Below, piece by piece: positions 45,534 through 54,439 of a stretch of 64,000 nucleotides of DNA. The notes below the pieces were generated by a model. The model saw only the letters and a list, made by a program, of their open reading frames with translations. It made no database searches and was not told the DNA's origin. How positions within the stretch are numbered: the stretch's first letter is position 1; each line of letters begins with the position of its first letter. The translations under genes and the position numbers were made by a program. This stretch comes from Bacteroidales bacterium (GTDB lineage Bacteria > Bacteroidota > Bacteroidia > Bacteroidales > UBA932): positions 8,252-72,251 of the forward strand of contig JAZRYW010000050.1 in NCBI GenBank assembly GCA_045600965.1, in the 5' to 3' direction.

Positions 45534-46382
45534 GTGAAACGTTTCAACACAATACTTCCAAACGTAGGCAGGTGCTGGCTTTATGTGGTCGTGTTCCTGC
45601 TCGGCTCCCTTGTTATGGGGCTTGTCCTGGCCCCTCTGGTTCAACTGATAAAGCCCGTGCAGATGAGCGTCCTCTATCTGGCCTCATTCGTGCCCGTCTT
45701 CGCGCTGCTGATGTTCGAGTCGAAGCCGAAGTTCTCGGAGGTGTTCGAACCCGGACAGTCCGTTCCCATCCACGACCCCCATTACGGCAGCCTAAGCCCG
45801 GTTGTCCTCTATCTGCTGCTTATAGTCTCCACCATTGCAACGGGTGTCCTTATGGAACCTCTTGTGGGATGGATGGAGATGCCCGAATACCTTGAAAAAC
45901 TGTTTGAATCCCTTATGGGAGGAGACTCCGCCGACACGCTGATCTCCGTCTGCATACTCGCGCCCCTCTGCGAGGAGTTCTTCTGCAGGGGCATACTCCT
46001 GCGCGGAATGCTCCAGCACACGACTCCCGCCAGGGCCATCCTGTGGTCAGGCCTGATATTCGCGGTGATGCACGCCAACCCCTTCCAGGGCATACCGGCA
46101 TTCCTGCTGGGATGCCTTATGGGCTGGGTGTATTACAGAACCCGGAGCCTCTGGGCCACAATCACTATTCACTGTGTGAACAACTCCATTTCGTCGCTGC
46201 TGACAGTCCTCTATCCGGACCTGGAAATGAATTCAGGCTACCGTGACATCATACCCGGACAATGGTACCTGCCCGTGCTGGCCGCATCGGCAATCATAAC
46301 CGCTCTGACAATCCTGCTTCTTGCAAGGAAACTGCCTCACGTGAAATATGAAAAAGAAGAAACTGTACCCGATAACATTTGA
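45534..46382 (+). CDS. CPBP (CAAX) family intramembrane metalloprotease
   Basis: ORF 45534..46382. EEFFCRG (EExxxR), FAVMH and HCVNN motifs. The start is GTG at 45534, only 4 nt after a TAATTTTG box. An alternative ATG lies at 45615. Confidence 0.75.
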   Translation: MKRFNTILPNVGRCWLYVVVFLLGSLVMGLVLAPLVQLIKPVQMSVLYLASFVPVFALLMFESKPKFSEVFEPGQSVPIHDPHYGSLSPVVLYLLLIVSTIATGVLMEPLVGWMEMPEYLEKLFESLMGGDSADTLISVCILAPLCEEFFCRGILLRGMLQHTTPARAILWSGLIFAVMHANPFQGIPAFLLGCLMGWVYYRTRSLWATITIHCVNNSISSLLTVLYPDLEMNSGYRDIIPGQWYLPVLAASAIITALTILLLARKLPHVKYEKEETVPDNI

Positions 46383-47349
46383 CCCCATACCCGTGGAGCG
46401 GGTCTGGGGAACTGAAAGTTGGGACATCGCCTCACTGGATGACAGCATTTCGGCAGTCTCGAACGGATTCCTCTCCGAGAACTCCCTGGCGGACCTTATG
46501 GAGGTCTATTTAAGCAATCTGGTCGGAGACAACATATATGACAATTTCGGCCTGCTGTTCCCGCTGCTGGTCAAGAGCCTGGACGTGAAGGGCCGTCTGT
46601 CGGTGCAGGCGCATCCCGATGACATCACCGCTATGGAAAGGGAATACTGGCTTGGGAAGACCGAGTTCTGGTATGTCCTTGACGCGGATCCGGATGCTGT
46701 CATATATCTCGGTTTCAACCGCGACGTGACGCCCGCCGAATTCTATGAAAGGTGTATGGACGGCAGTGTGGAAGGCCTTCTGAACGCCATACGGCCGAAG
46801 AAAGGCGACTGCTTCCTGATAAGGGCCGGAGAAGTCCACGCCGCGGCCGGAGGTGTCAGAATCGCCGAGATACAGGAGAATTCGGACATCACCTACCGCC
46901 TCTATGACTGGGGACGGGAATTCAATCCCGAAACCCGCAGGGAAATGCACCTCGGGGAAGCCATCGACATCATCAACTTCAAGAAGTTCGACCCAAGGAA
47001 TTTCCTGAAGGCGGACAGGCCGGACGGCGTTCTGGTTCAGGACAGCCATTTCAACATAAACGTCCTGGACATCGGCTGCCGTACGCGCATAGAGACAGAC
47101 AGGTTCACAAGTTTCCTGATATATGTATGCGTGGAAGGCGGCGTGGCCGTTTCGAGTTCCTCCACGGATGACGTCCTCACCCTCAGGCGGGGCCAGGAAG
47201 TGCTTGTACCCGCAGAAGTGTATGACATCACCTTCGACCCTCTGGAGAAGGGAACAAGGCTGCTTCAGGTGGATATTCCTCAGATTGAGGAGGAAGCCGA
47301 CCCCTACATCAATCCCGACGTGGCTTCCGAACCTGAAGGGCTTTCCTGA
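46348..47349 (+). CDS. manA: Class I mannose-6-phosphate isomerase
   Basis: ORF 46348..47349. VERVWG, SVQAHPD and ENSDITYRLYDWGR motifs. Confidence 0.85.
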   Translation: MKKKKLYPITFDPIPVERVWGTESWDIASLDDSISAVSNGFLSENSLADLMEVYLSNLVGDNIYDNFGLLFPLLVKSLDVKGRLSVQAHPDDITAMEREYWLGKTEFWYVLDADPDAVIYLGFNRDVTPAEFYERCMDGSVEGLLNAIRPKKGDCFLIRAGEVHAAAGGVRIAEIQENSDITYRLYDWGREFNPETRREMHLGEAIDIINFKKFDPRNFLKADRPDGVLVQDSHFNINVLDIGCRTRIETDRFTSFLIYVCVEGGVAVSSSSTDDVLTLRRGQEVLVPAEVYDITFDPLEKGTRLLQVDIPQIEEEADPYINPDVASEPEGLS

Positions 47350-48836
47350 TTGTAGATTCTGTATTTGAGCGCGCCTTGCTCACCGCTGAAGACCATTATC
47401 GGCTTCCCTGAGGCGGGAATCGTGTCAAGCCGCTCCACCGGTGAGCCCACGAGGACGTCGATGTTCTCGCCGCGGCGAAGGTTATGGAAACCGAAGGAGG
47501 AAACGCCCTCCCTGACGGCAGTATCCACCGCTTCACGGCACACGTCACTCCAGCCGAAAAGGGAGTTGTACCGGGGCATCATCCAGCCCGCGGAGAAGAC
47601 GGAGACGAGCAGGCCTGAAGCAAGGGCCACTACCGCACGGCGAAGGTTCTTCCCAAGAAGGGATACCATTGCAAGCACCCCCGCGACAGTCATCAGCACA
47701 AAGGCTATGACAGCCGGCCAAATGGCTATGCCGTCCATAAAGGCAGGTTTGACGGCGGCCAGGACGACGGCGGCGGGAAGGAAGGCGGCATATGTCACGG
47801 ACGGTATCCACAGCATAATGCCGGCCGTTCTGCCGCACCCGGCCTTTTCCAACAGCATAAACGTCACATAGGACAGAAGCGGGAACACAGGCAGCAGATA
47901 GACCGCGAGCTTTGAACTGAAGGCCGACATCATTATCAGGAACGATGCGGCCGTCAGGAGGAAGAACTGCTCCAGGGCGTTGAACCTCACCCTTCTGCGC
48001 AGTGCCGCGGCAATCACACCCACCTCGATGAACGACCAGGGGAAGGCCGCATACCAGAATGTCCCCGCATACCACCAGAAAGGCTCCTTGTGATGGAACG
48101 CGTCCACGGCGCGGTCGATTGTCTGATGGAACAGCAGGTCGCGCAGATACTCGCTCCCACCGTCGAACCAGACGGCCGTGAACCATCCGGCGCACAGCAG
48201 GGCAAGGATGCCCCAGGTCAGAAAGCCCCAGTAACGTCCCCAGGTGCGGAGTTCCCCGCGGAAAGCAAGGAACACGGGCACTGCCACCATAGGCACGAGT
48301 ATGCCCACAGGGCCTTTGGAAAACAGCGCGAGGAAAATGTATATCGGGAAGGCGATGCGTTCTTTGAGCGAATTTTTGCCCTGGTACATACGCCAGAACG
48401 TGTAGAGGGCAAGGATGATGAACATCACCATCAGCATATCCATCCTCAGCACCAGGGCGCTGCCTGTGAAGTAGAGGGTGGTCAGCATAGAGAGTTCACC
48501 GCAGATGACGGCATTGTGGGACGCCTCCCCCCAGCGTGTCACCCAGCGCTCCATTACAAGCGCTATTACCAGCGCCGGCACAAGGGAGAACAGTCCTATG
48601 GGAAGCATAAGGTGCTTTCCGAAAACTACGCGGCACAGCATCACTATCCAGAGATAGAGCGGAGGCTTGTCGGTATATATGACACCGTGGTTCCAGAACG
48701 AGAAGAAATGGCCGTCTGCAAGGGCCTCGTCTGCGATGCTCAGGTAGCGCAGTTCGTTGTCCGGCGTGAAATCCCTAAAGAGCAGTATCGGCAGCAGGGC
48801 TGCCGCATACAGGGCCATCCTCAGGCCACGGCTCAT
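47304..48836 (-). CDS. GT-C fold (GT39/ArnT/PMT-like) membrane glycosyltransferase
   Basis: ORF 47304..49175. The N-terminal 108+ codons overlap the upstream gene. The start is either ATG 48854 (MEEQKQ) or, preferred, ATG 48836 (MSRGLRM), which forms an ATGA overlap with the upstream stop. DNELRY...DKPPLYLW motif. More than 10 TM helices. Confidence 0.75.
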   Translation of the reverse strand: MSRGLRMALYAAALLPILLFRDFTPDNELRYLSIADEALADGHFFSFWNHGVIYTDKPPLYLWIVMLCRVVFGKHLMLPIGLFSLVPALVIALVMERWVTRWGEASHNAVICGELSMLTTLYFTGSALVLRMDMLMVMFIILALYTFWRMYQGKNSLKERIAFPIYIFLALFSKGPVGILVPMVAVPVFLAFRGELRTWGRYWGFLTWGILALLCAGWFTAVWFDGGSEYLRDLLFHQTIDRAVDAFHHKEPFWWYAGTFWYAAFPWSFIEVGVIAAALRRRVRFNALEQFFLLTAASFLIMMSAFSSKLAVYLLPVFPLLSYVTFMLLEKAGCGRTAGIMLWIPSVTYAAFLPAAVVLAAVKPAFMDGIAIWPAVIAFVLMTVAGVLAMVSLLGKNLRRAVVALASGLLVSVFSAGWMMPRYNSLFGWSDVCREAVDTAVREGVSSFGFHNLRRGENIDVLVGSPVERLDTIPASGKPIMVFSGEQGALKYRIYNQESPSGSEATSGLM

Positions 48837-49480
48837 CTGTTTCTGTTCTTCCATATGAAATGAAGGTTTCTGATTATGGGGACAGTACTGAAGGTCTGCC
48901 CGACAGCCAGCACGACATCCCGGCGGATGACGGCATAGGATATTATCATAAGGGCTCCGGCAAGGCTTATGAGCCAGAATCCGAGCGGCAGGCGGGATTC
49001 TCCCCTGCGATAGGAGTAGATGAACTGATAGATGAGCCTGAAGGACCAGACAAGCTGTCCCGCCGTTCCGAACACCACAAGCCGGAGGGCTATGGACTCC
49101 CTGCTGAAGAGGCTTGAGCGCACCGTTTCCCAATCGGTCGCGCCCCTGAGCACCACGGCAAGGGGGATAAGGCATATCACCAAGGTCAGCGCCTTTCTCA
49201 ACTTCCGGCCAAGGCCGTCGAGCAGATGCTTGTTGTCAAGGTTCCAGACGTATATGTAGTAGGATATGAACTGTCCCGCCATAATGGCGAAATCGTCCCG
49301 CATCCATCCATAGGCGAACATCGCCAGACAGCCCAGATAACTGAATATCCAGAATCCCAGAGGATTGCTCACCCTGCGAAGCCGTTCCGTGGCAATCCAT
49401 TGTATGAGTATCCTCACCGCAAAGAGAGTCTGGGCGAGGGCTCCTACAGAGAAGGTCAACCAATATCCGGGGGAACTCAT
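48833..49480 (-). CDS. Tandem lipid-A-disaccharide-synthase-N-terminal (LAB_N) domain membrane protein
   Basis: ORF 48833..49480. Two copies of the LAB_N-type pattern (GALAQTLFAVRILIQWIATE...GFWIFSYLG...AIMAGQ and GTAGQLVWSFRLIYQFIYS...GFWLISLAG...LAVGQ). Confidence 0.7.
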   Translation of the reverse strand: MSSPGYWLTFSVGALAQTLFAVRILIQWIATERLRRVSNPLGFWIFSYLGCLAMFAYGWMRDDFAIMAGQFISYYIYVWNLDNKHLLDGLGRKLRKALTLVICLIPLAVVLRGATDWETVRSSLFSRESIALRLVVFGTAGQLVWSFRLIYQFIYSYRRGESRLPLGFWLISLAGALMIISYAVIRRDVVLAVGQTFSTVPIIRNLHFIWKNRNR

Positions 49481-50211
49481 CTGGAATTGTTGTCAGCAGC
49501 TTTGCTCCTGATGCAGCGCCTCATCATCCAGCGTACGCCGAAACAGTCCCCGAGAGGCCCGGCAAACCTGTTCCATACTCCGAACTTGGCCTTTCCCGCA
49601 ATGCGGGGGAAGTGGCGCACCGGCACTGTCTTCACCTTTCCTCCGGCGGCAAGCACAAGGGCCGGTATGAACCTGTGCAGCCCGGTGAGCATAGGGATAT
49701 CCTTTGCGATGGAGGTGTGTATTATCTTGAGAGGGCAGCAGGTGTCCCGCACACCGTCGTGGGTGAAGTGCCGGCGGACGGCATTGCCCACCCTGGATGA
49801 TATGATACGGACAATATTGTCGTTACGCCTCTCCCTCTCCCCTGCAACCAGGTCATATTCGCCGAGATACGGGATCAGACGGTTGAAATCTTCAGGAGCG
49901 GTCTGCAGGTCGGCGTCGATCTGGGCGAGATAAGGCGCCTCGCAGATGCGTGCGGCCTCCTTCCATACGGCGCTCACGCCGCTGTTTTTCGCGAATGAAT
50001 ATTTGAAGAAGTTGTCGTGCCTGGCGCAGATGCTCTCCAGCAGGTCCGAACTTCCGTCGGTGCTGCCGTCATCGAACAGCATCACGCACACGGGCTGCAG
50101 GAGCGACTTGTGGCAGAATGCGTCCATTGCCTCCTCCAGCCGGAGAAGGTTGTCCAGTTCGTTGTATACCGGTATGAATACCGCCAGTTTATAATCTCCT
50201 GTCCCGTTCAT
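49477..50211 (-). CDS. GT2 polyprenyl-phosphate glycosyltransferase (ArnC/GtrB/DPM1-like)
   Basis: ORF 49477..50238 trimmed to MNGTGDYKLAVFIPVYNE at 50211. DDGSTDGS and DADLQ motifs. A TACCTTTG box lies upstream. Confidence 0.85.
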   Translation of the reverse strand: MNGTGDYKLAVFIPVYNELDNLLRLEEAMDAFCHKSLLQPVCVMLFDDGSTDGSSDLLESICARHDNFFKYSFAKNSGVSAVWKEAARICEAPYLAQIDADLQTAPEDFNRLIPYLGEYDLVAGERERRNDNIVRIISSRVGNAVRRHFTHDGVRDTCCPLKIIHTSIAKDIPMLTGLHRFIPALVLAAGGKVKTVPVRHFPRIAGKAKFGVWNRFAGPLGDCFGVRWMMRRCIRSKAADNNSR

Positions 50212-50226
50212 TGCGCAAATTCGCCA

Positions 50227-50234
50227 CAAAGGTA
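50227..50234 (-). promoter_or_regulatory. -7 box TACCTTTG for the GT2/LAB_N/GT-C operon
   Basis: Exact TAnnTTTG on the minus strand, 15 nt upstream of ATG 50211. Confidence 0.45.
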
Positions 50235-50296
50235 GCACTTTCTTTTTGAAAAAAGCCCATTTTTCTGTATCTATGTAGTTTATTACGATTTAAAAA

Positions 50297-52060
50297 ATGC
50301 ACCGCGCGCTCATACCGGTTCTCGTTCTCCTGCTGACGCTTCTCTCTGAAGAGACGGCCGCTCAGAGGCGCGTTTTCAACGTTGCCGTAGTGCCGGTGCA
50401 GTTTCAGGATGTCAGTTTCGCGGAAGGCGTCTCCGAGAAGGACGTGCAGGATCTTTTCACCGGCATCGGAGTGTTCGACCCGGAAGTGCCCGGAAGCGTA
50501 TCCGACTATTTCAATGACAATCTGGGCGGGGAATTCCAGTTCAATTTCTTCACTGCCCCAACAGTCACGCTTTCCAGGGAACTCGCCTGGTATGGCCGGA
50601 ACAGCAACACCGCCATTGACATCCACAGCTTCGAGATGTTCCGGGAGGTCCTCACCCTGCTCGAGGAGGCCAAGGTGGAACTTCCCTTCGGAAACGGAGC
50701 CAGGGTGGACTGCGTCTTTCTCCTCAATGCCTCCGAGCCCGAAACCGACGGCTCCAATCCCGATTTCATCTGGCCGCATACGACCGACGTCTCAGGCCTG
50801 GGGATCACCCTTCGGAAAATGCCGGTGGGATATTACAGTTGCGCATCGTTCCTCAAGTCGGACGGAAGCGGCGAAAGGACAGGGATAGGGCCTGTATGCC
50901 ACGAGTTGTGCCACGCCCTGGGGCTGATGGATATGTATGATGCGAACGGTGAGGTGGAAGGTCTTGCGGAAGGCCTCTGGTCAACCTTGTCCATAATGGA
51001 TCGCGGAGCTTTCAACAACGGCGGTGTCACCCCTCCCCTGCTCAACGCTGTGGAGAGGGAAATGCTGGGCGCCGTCAATGTCGAGGACCTTGAGCCGTAT
51101 CAGTCATATTTCCTGTCTCCGCTCTCAATTTCAAGAACCGTGTACCGCATTCCGACAGACAATCCCGATGAATATTTCCTTCTTGAGTGCCGGCGTCCGG
51201 CCGAATGGGACCGTTTCATAGGAGGAGAGGGACTTGTGGTGTACCATATCGACCGCTCCTCAGCCAGAGCCGGGTCGATGTCCGCCGCACAGAGGTGGGA
51301 CTTCAATGCCGTGAACTGCTGCTCGTCGCATCAGTGCGCGGACATCATCGAATCCTCCGGCGCGGCTGCGACCGCCGCTGAGGATGTCTTCTTCCCCGGC
51401 CCGATGAACGTCACCGAACTCAATTCAGCCTCACCCGTACCCCTGCTCTGTTGGAGCGGCAACGGGCCTGACATCTGCCTGAAGAACATCTCCTACACTC
51501 TCGGCATAGTCCGTTTTGAAACCGACGTTGACGTCAGGTGGAAGTTTCCTGTGGTCGAGGAATGCCGTGAGGAGCCTTTCCAGACGGAATGCCGCATAGA
51601 GTGGCGGATCGAAACCGAAAAACGGGGGAACTGGACGTTCAGCTGGTGGGAGGAAGGCCGCGAGGGGGAAGCCCGCAGTCTGGAGGACTGCGGCACCGCC
51701 GTGAGCCTTGAGAATCTGCGGCCGGACTGCGTCTACGGCTACAGCCTGATATTCAATGCCGGGGACTTGAGCAGGGAGGTCTATCGTTCGGTGTTCGCCA
51801 CATTGGGGGTAAGTTCGGAATTCCCTCTGATATGGATGCCGGCCGGCACTTTTAAGACAGGTGAAAGCCTTGACCTGAAAGTCTTCAACATTCCCGAGGA
51901 CTGCAGTTCGATTCTCTGGAACATCGACGGCCGCAAGGTCACTGATTCAAAATACACTTTCAAGACTCCCGGAAAGCACAGCATTGCTGTGACGCTGGAC
52001 TATTTCGACGGCGCTCAGGAAACCGTCGAGAGGATTGTAACCGTAGGAGGGACAAGGTGA
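50297..52060 (+). CDS. Secreted M6 (immune-inhibitor-A-like) family metalloprotease domain protein
   Basis: ORF 50297..52060. Signal peptide. HELCHALGLMDMYD (HExxH). C-terminal Ig/PKD-like segment. Confidence 0.7.
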   Translation: MHRALIPVLVLLLTLLSEETAAQRRVFNVAVVPVQFQDVSFAEGVSEKDVQDLFTGIGVFDPEVPGSVSDYFNDNLGGEFQFNFFTAPTVTLSRELAWYGRNSNTAIDIHSFEMFREVLTLLEEAKVELPFGNGARVDCVFLLNASEPETDGSNPDFIWPHTTDVSGLGITLRKMPVGYYSCASFLKSDGSGERTGIGPVCHELCHALGLMDMYDANGEVEGLAEGLWSTLSIMDRGAFNNGGVTPPLLNAVEREMLGAVNVEDLEPYQSYFLSPLSISRTVYRIPTDNPDEYFLLECRRPAEWDRFIGGEGLVVYHIDRSSARAGSMSAAQRWDFNAVNCCSSHQCADIIESSGAAATAAEDVFFPGPMNVTELNSASPVPLLCWSGNGPDICLKNISYTLGIVRFETDVDVRWKFPVVEECREEPFQTECRIEWRIETEKRGNWTFSWWEEGREGEARSLEDCGTAVSLENLRPDCVYGYSLIFNAGDLSREVYRSVFATLGVSSEFPLIWMPAGTFKTGESLDLKVFNIPEDCSSILWNIDGRKVTDSKYTFKTPGKHSIAVTLDYFDGAQETVERIVTVGGTR

Positions 52061-52476
52061 TGGCAAGACTGCGCACAACCATAACGTTCATCATTGCGAT
52101 GCTATGCGCCGTTTCCTGCGGCCAATGGTCGGACCCCACCTCCCCCGAGCAGCTGGCTTTCTACGAAAACTCGCAGTACGGACTCTATGCAGGTGACTTG
52201 ACGATAACCTACGACGAAAGCCGTCACCAGAAAGCTGTGAACAGCTCGAAAAGGACGTGGAGGATACAGTCGGACAGCCAGGATGAGGTGTTGAGCATCC
52301 ACTGCGAAGGCGACCTGAACTTCCTCAGCATAGCAAGTTGCGACATAATCACCATCTGTAACGGCATCAGGAGCCGTATGAGCCTGGATATGACTGTCGT
52401 GAAGTATAATACCGGGCACGTGTGGCTCTGGAACGATGAAAGAAAGACAGGATTGATAGTGCCGCACGACATCTGA
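52060..52476 (+). CDS. Small lipoprotein, unknown function
   Basis: ORF 52057..52476. ATG at 52060 overlaps the M6 stop (TGATG). Lipobox LCAVSCG. No recognisable domain. Confidence 0.55.
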   Translation: MARLRTTITFIIAMLCAVSCGQWSDPTSPEQLAFYENSQYGLYAGDLTITYDESRHQKAVNSSKRTWRIQSDSQDEVLSIHCEGDLNFLSIASCDIITICNGIRSRMSLDMTVVKYNTGHVWLWNDERKTGLIVPHDI

Positions 52477-52477
52477 T

Positions 52478-52876
52478 ATGAAGATTTTCGATCCATTGAG
52501 AAGGAAGGAGGTTGAATGCACTCCCGAGGAAAGGGTGCGGCAGTGGGCCATCGGGATGCTCGCTGGGGAGATGAAGGTTCCCCTGTGGCTTATGGCCAGC
52601 GAGTACCCGTTCAAATTCAACAGCCTGAACTGCAGGGCGGACATAGTGGTGTTCGACAGGAAGGCAGCCCCGGTGATGCTGGTGGAATGCAAGGCCCCCG
52701 ATGTTGAGCTCAAAGACGAGGTGGTGGCCCAGGTGGCGCGTTACAATACCGTCATAAAGGCCCGCTACATAATGATAACCAACGGCGGCAACACCTATAT
52801 TTGCCGGCACAACCCGCAGAGCGGCAAGTTCGATTTCCTTACCGAAGCTCCGCTCTATGAAGATATGATACGATAA
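52478..52876 (+). CDS. Stand-alone HsdR-N-terminal-like (PD-(D/E)xK fold) domain protein
   Basis: ORF 52478..52876. RADIVVFD...VMLVECKAP fits D...ExK. EERVRQ N-terminal pattern recalled from HSDR_N_2 proteins. Confidence 0.65.
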   Translation: MKIFDPLRRKEVECTPEERVRQWAIGMLAGEMKVPLWLMASEYPFKFNSLNCRADIVVFDRKAAPVMLVECKAPDVELKDEVVAQVARYNTVIKARYIMITNGGNTYICRHNPQSGKFDFLTEAPLYEDMIR

Positions 52877-54339
52877 TGGCAGCAGAAATACTTGAGATAT
52901 CCAGGATACTTGACAACCCGATATTCCGCGAAGTGTCCCGCCAGGCCCGGAAACTCGGCGTCAGGGCCTTCGTCATAGGCGGATTCGTGAGGGATTTCTT
53001 CCTCGGCATACACAACGACGACATAGACATCGTCGTGGAGAGCAACGGCAGGATAGAACACTGCGGGATAGCCCTTGCCCAGGCCACCGCAGAGGCTCTC
53101 GGCAGCAAGGTCTCGGTGTTCAGGAATTTCGGAACGGCGATGTTCAAGTTCCACGGCACAGAGGTGGAGTTCGTCGGTACGCGCCGTGAATCCTACCGCT
53201 CCAACTCCCGCAAGCCCATAGTGGAGGACGGGACCCTGGAGGAGGACCAGCTTCGCCGTGACTTCACCATCAACGCGATGGCCTTCTCCCTGCAGAAGGA
53301 GGATTTCGGCCGGCTCATCGACCCCTTCGGCGGCATAAAGGACCTCAACCTAGGCCTGATACGCACACCTCTCGACCCCGACACAACCTACAGCGACGAT
53401 CCCCTGAGGATGATACGCGCCGTGCGTTTCGCCACAAGGCTCGACTTCGACATAGTGCCCGAGTCGGTGGAGTCGATGCGACGCAACTCCGGAAGGCTCA
53501 GGATACTTTCCGCCGAGCGCATTTCCGAGGAGCTGAACAAGATAATGATGACCGGGAGGCCCTCCAAGGGATTCAGGCTTCTCGACGAATGCGGCCTTCT
53601 CGAGACCATACTGCCGGAACTCCACGCCCTCAAGGGAGTGGAGGTCATAGACGGACACGGCCATAAGGATGTATTCCTTCACACGCTGAAGGTCCTTGAC
53701 AACATCAGCGCTCCGGGCAATGACACCACCAACCCCGACAACGTGCTATGGCTCAGATGGGCGGCCCTTCTCCACGACATAGGCAAGGCTCAGACCAAGA
53801 AATACGACCCCAGGCTCGGATGGACCTTCCACGCCCACGATTTCATAGGGGCGAAGATGGTCCCCGGTGTGTTCCGCAGGCTGAAACTGCCTCAGAACGA
53901 GGCACTCAAATATGTTCAGAAACTTGTGCAGCTCCATCTCAGGCCCATCGCGCTTGTAACCGACCAGGTGACCGACTCCGCCGTGAGGAGGCTCCTGTTC
54001 GACGCCTCGGACGATGTGGACGACCTTATGCTCCTCTGCAAGGCCGACATAACGTCCAAGAACGAGATGAAGGTGGAGACCTTCCGCGCCAACTATGACC
54101 ACGTCAAGGAGAAACTGGTGGAGATAGAGGCGAAGGACGCAGTCCGCAACTTCCACAACCCCGTGTCAGGGGAGATGATAATGGAAACCTTCGGCCTGAG
54201 CCCCTGCAGGGAGGTGGGACTGATAAAGGAATACATCAAGGAGGCCATACTCGACGGACGCTGTCCCAATGAGCCTTCTCCGGCAATGGAACTGATGTTC
54301 GCCAAGGCCGCGGAAATGGGTCTCAAGCCCAAAGATTGA
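52876..54339 (+). CDS. cca: tRNA nucleotidyltransferase (CCA-adding)/poly(A) polymerase family protein with HD domain
   Basis: ORF 52876..54339. GGFVRD, DIDIV, RRDFTINA motifs and an HD region (LLHDIGK). Confidence 0.85.
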   Translation: MAAEILEISRILDNPIFREVSRQARKLGVRAFVIGGFVRDFFLGIHNDDIDIVVESNGRIEHCGIALAQATAEALGSKVSVFRNFGTAMFKFHGTEVEFVGTRRESYRSNSRKPIVEDGTLEEDQLRRDFTINAMAFSLQKEDFGRLIDPFGGIKDLNLGLIRTPLDPDTTYSDDPLRMIRAVRFATRLDFDIVPESVESMRRNSGRLRILSAERISEELNKIMMTGRPSKGFRLLDECGLLETILPELHALKGVEVIDGHGHKDVFLHTLKVLDNISAPGNDTTNPDNVLWLRWAALLHDIGKAQTKKYDPRLGWTFHAHDFIGAKMVPGVFRRLKLPQNEALKYVQKLVQLHLRPIALVTDQVTDSAVRRLLFDASDDVDDLMLLCKADITSKNEMKVETFRANYDHVKEKLVEIEAKDAVRNFHNPVSGEMIMETFGLSPCREVGLIKEYIKEAILDGRCPNEPSPAMELMFAKAAEMGLKPKD

Positions 54340-54361
54340 GACAGCTGTTCTTTTTTCGGGA

Positions 54362-54439
54362 AATATTAGTGATATTTGCATAAGAAATACAACTTCTAAG
54401 GAATGATGAAAAAATAAGTTATTTTTTAAGAATGACTAA
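54362..54439 (+). repeat. Promoter/leader cassette copy 2 (upstream of holA), uninterrupted
   Basis: aatattagtgatatttgcat-(12 extra nt)-ttctaaggaatgatgaaaaaataagttattttttaagaatgactaa. Identities to copy 1 in the two leader blocks are 25/27 and 23/24. Confidence 0.65.
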
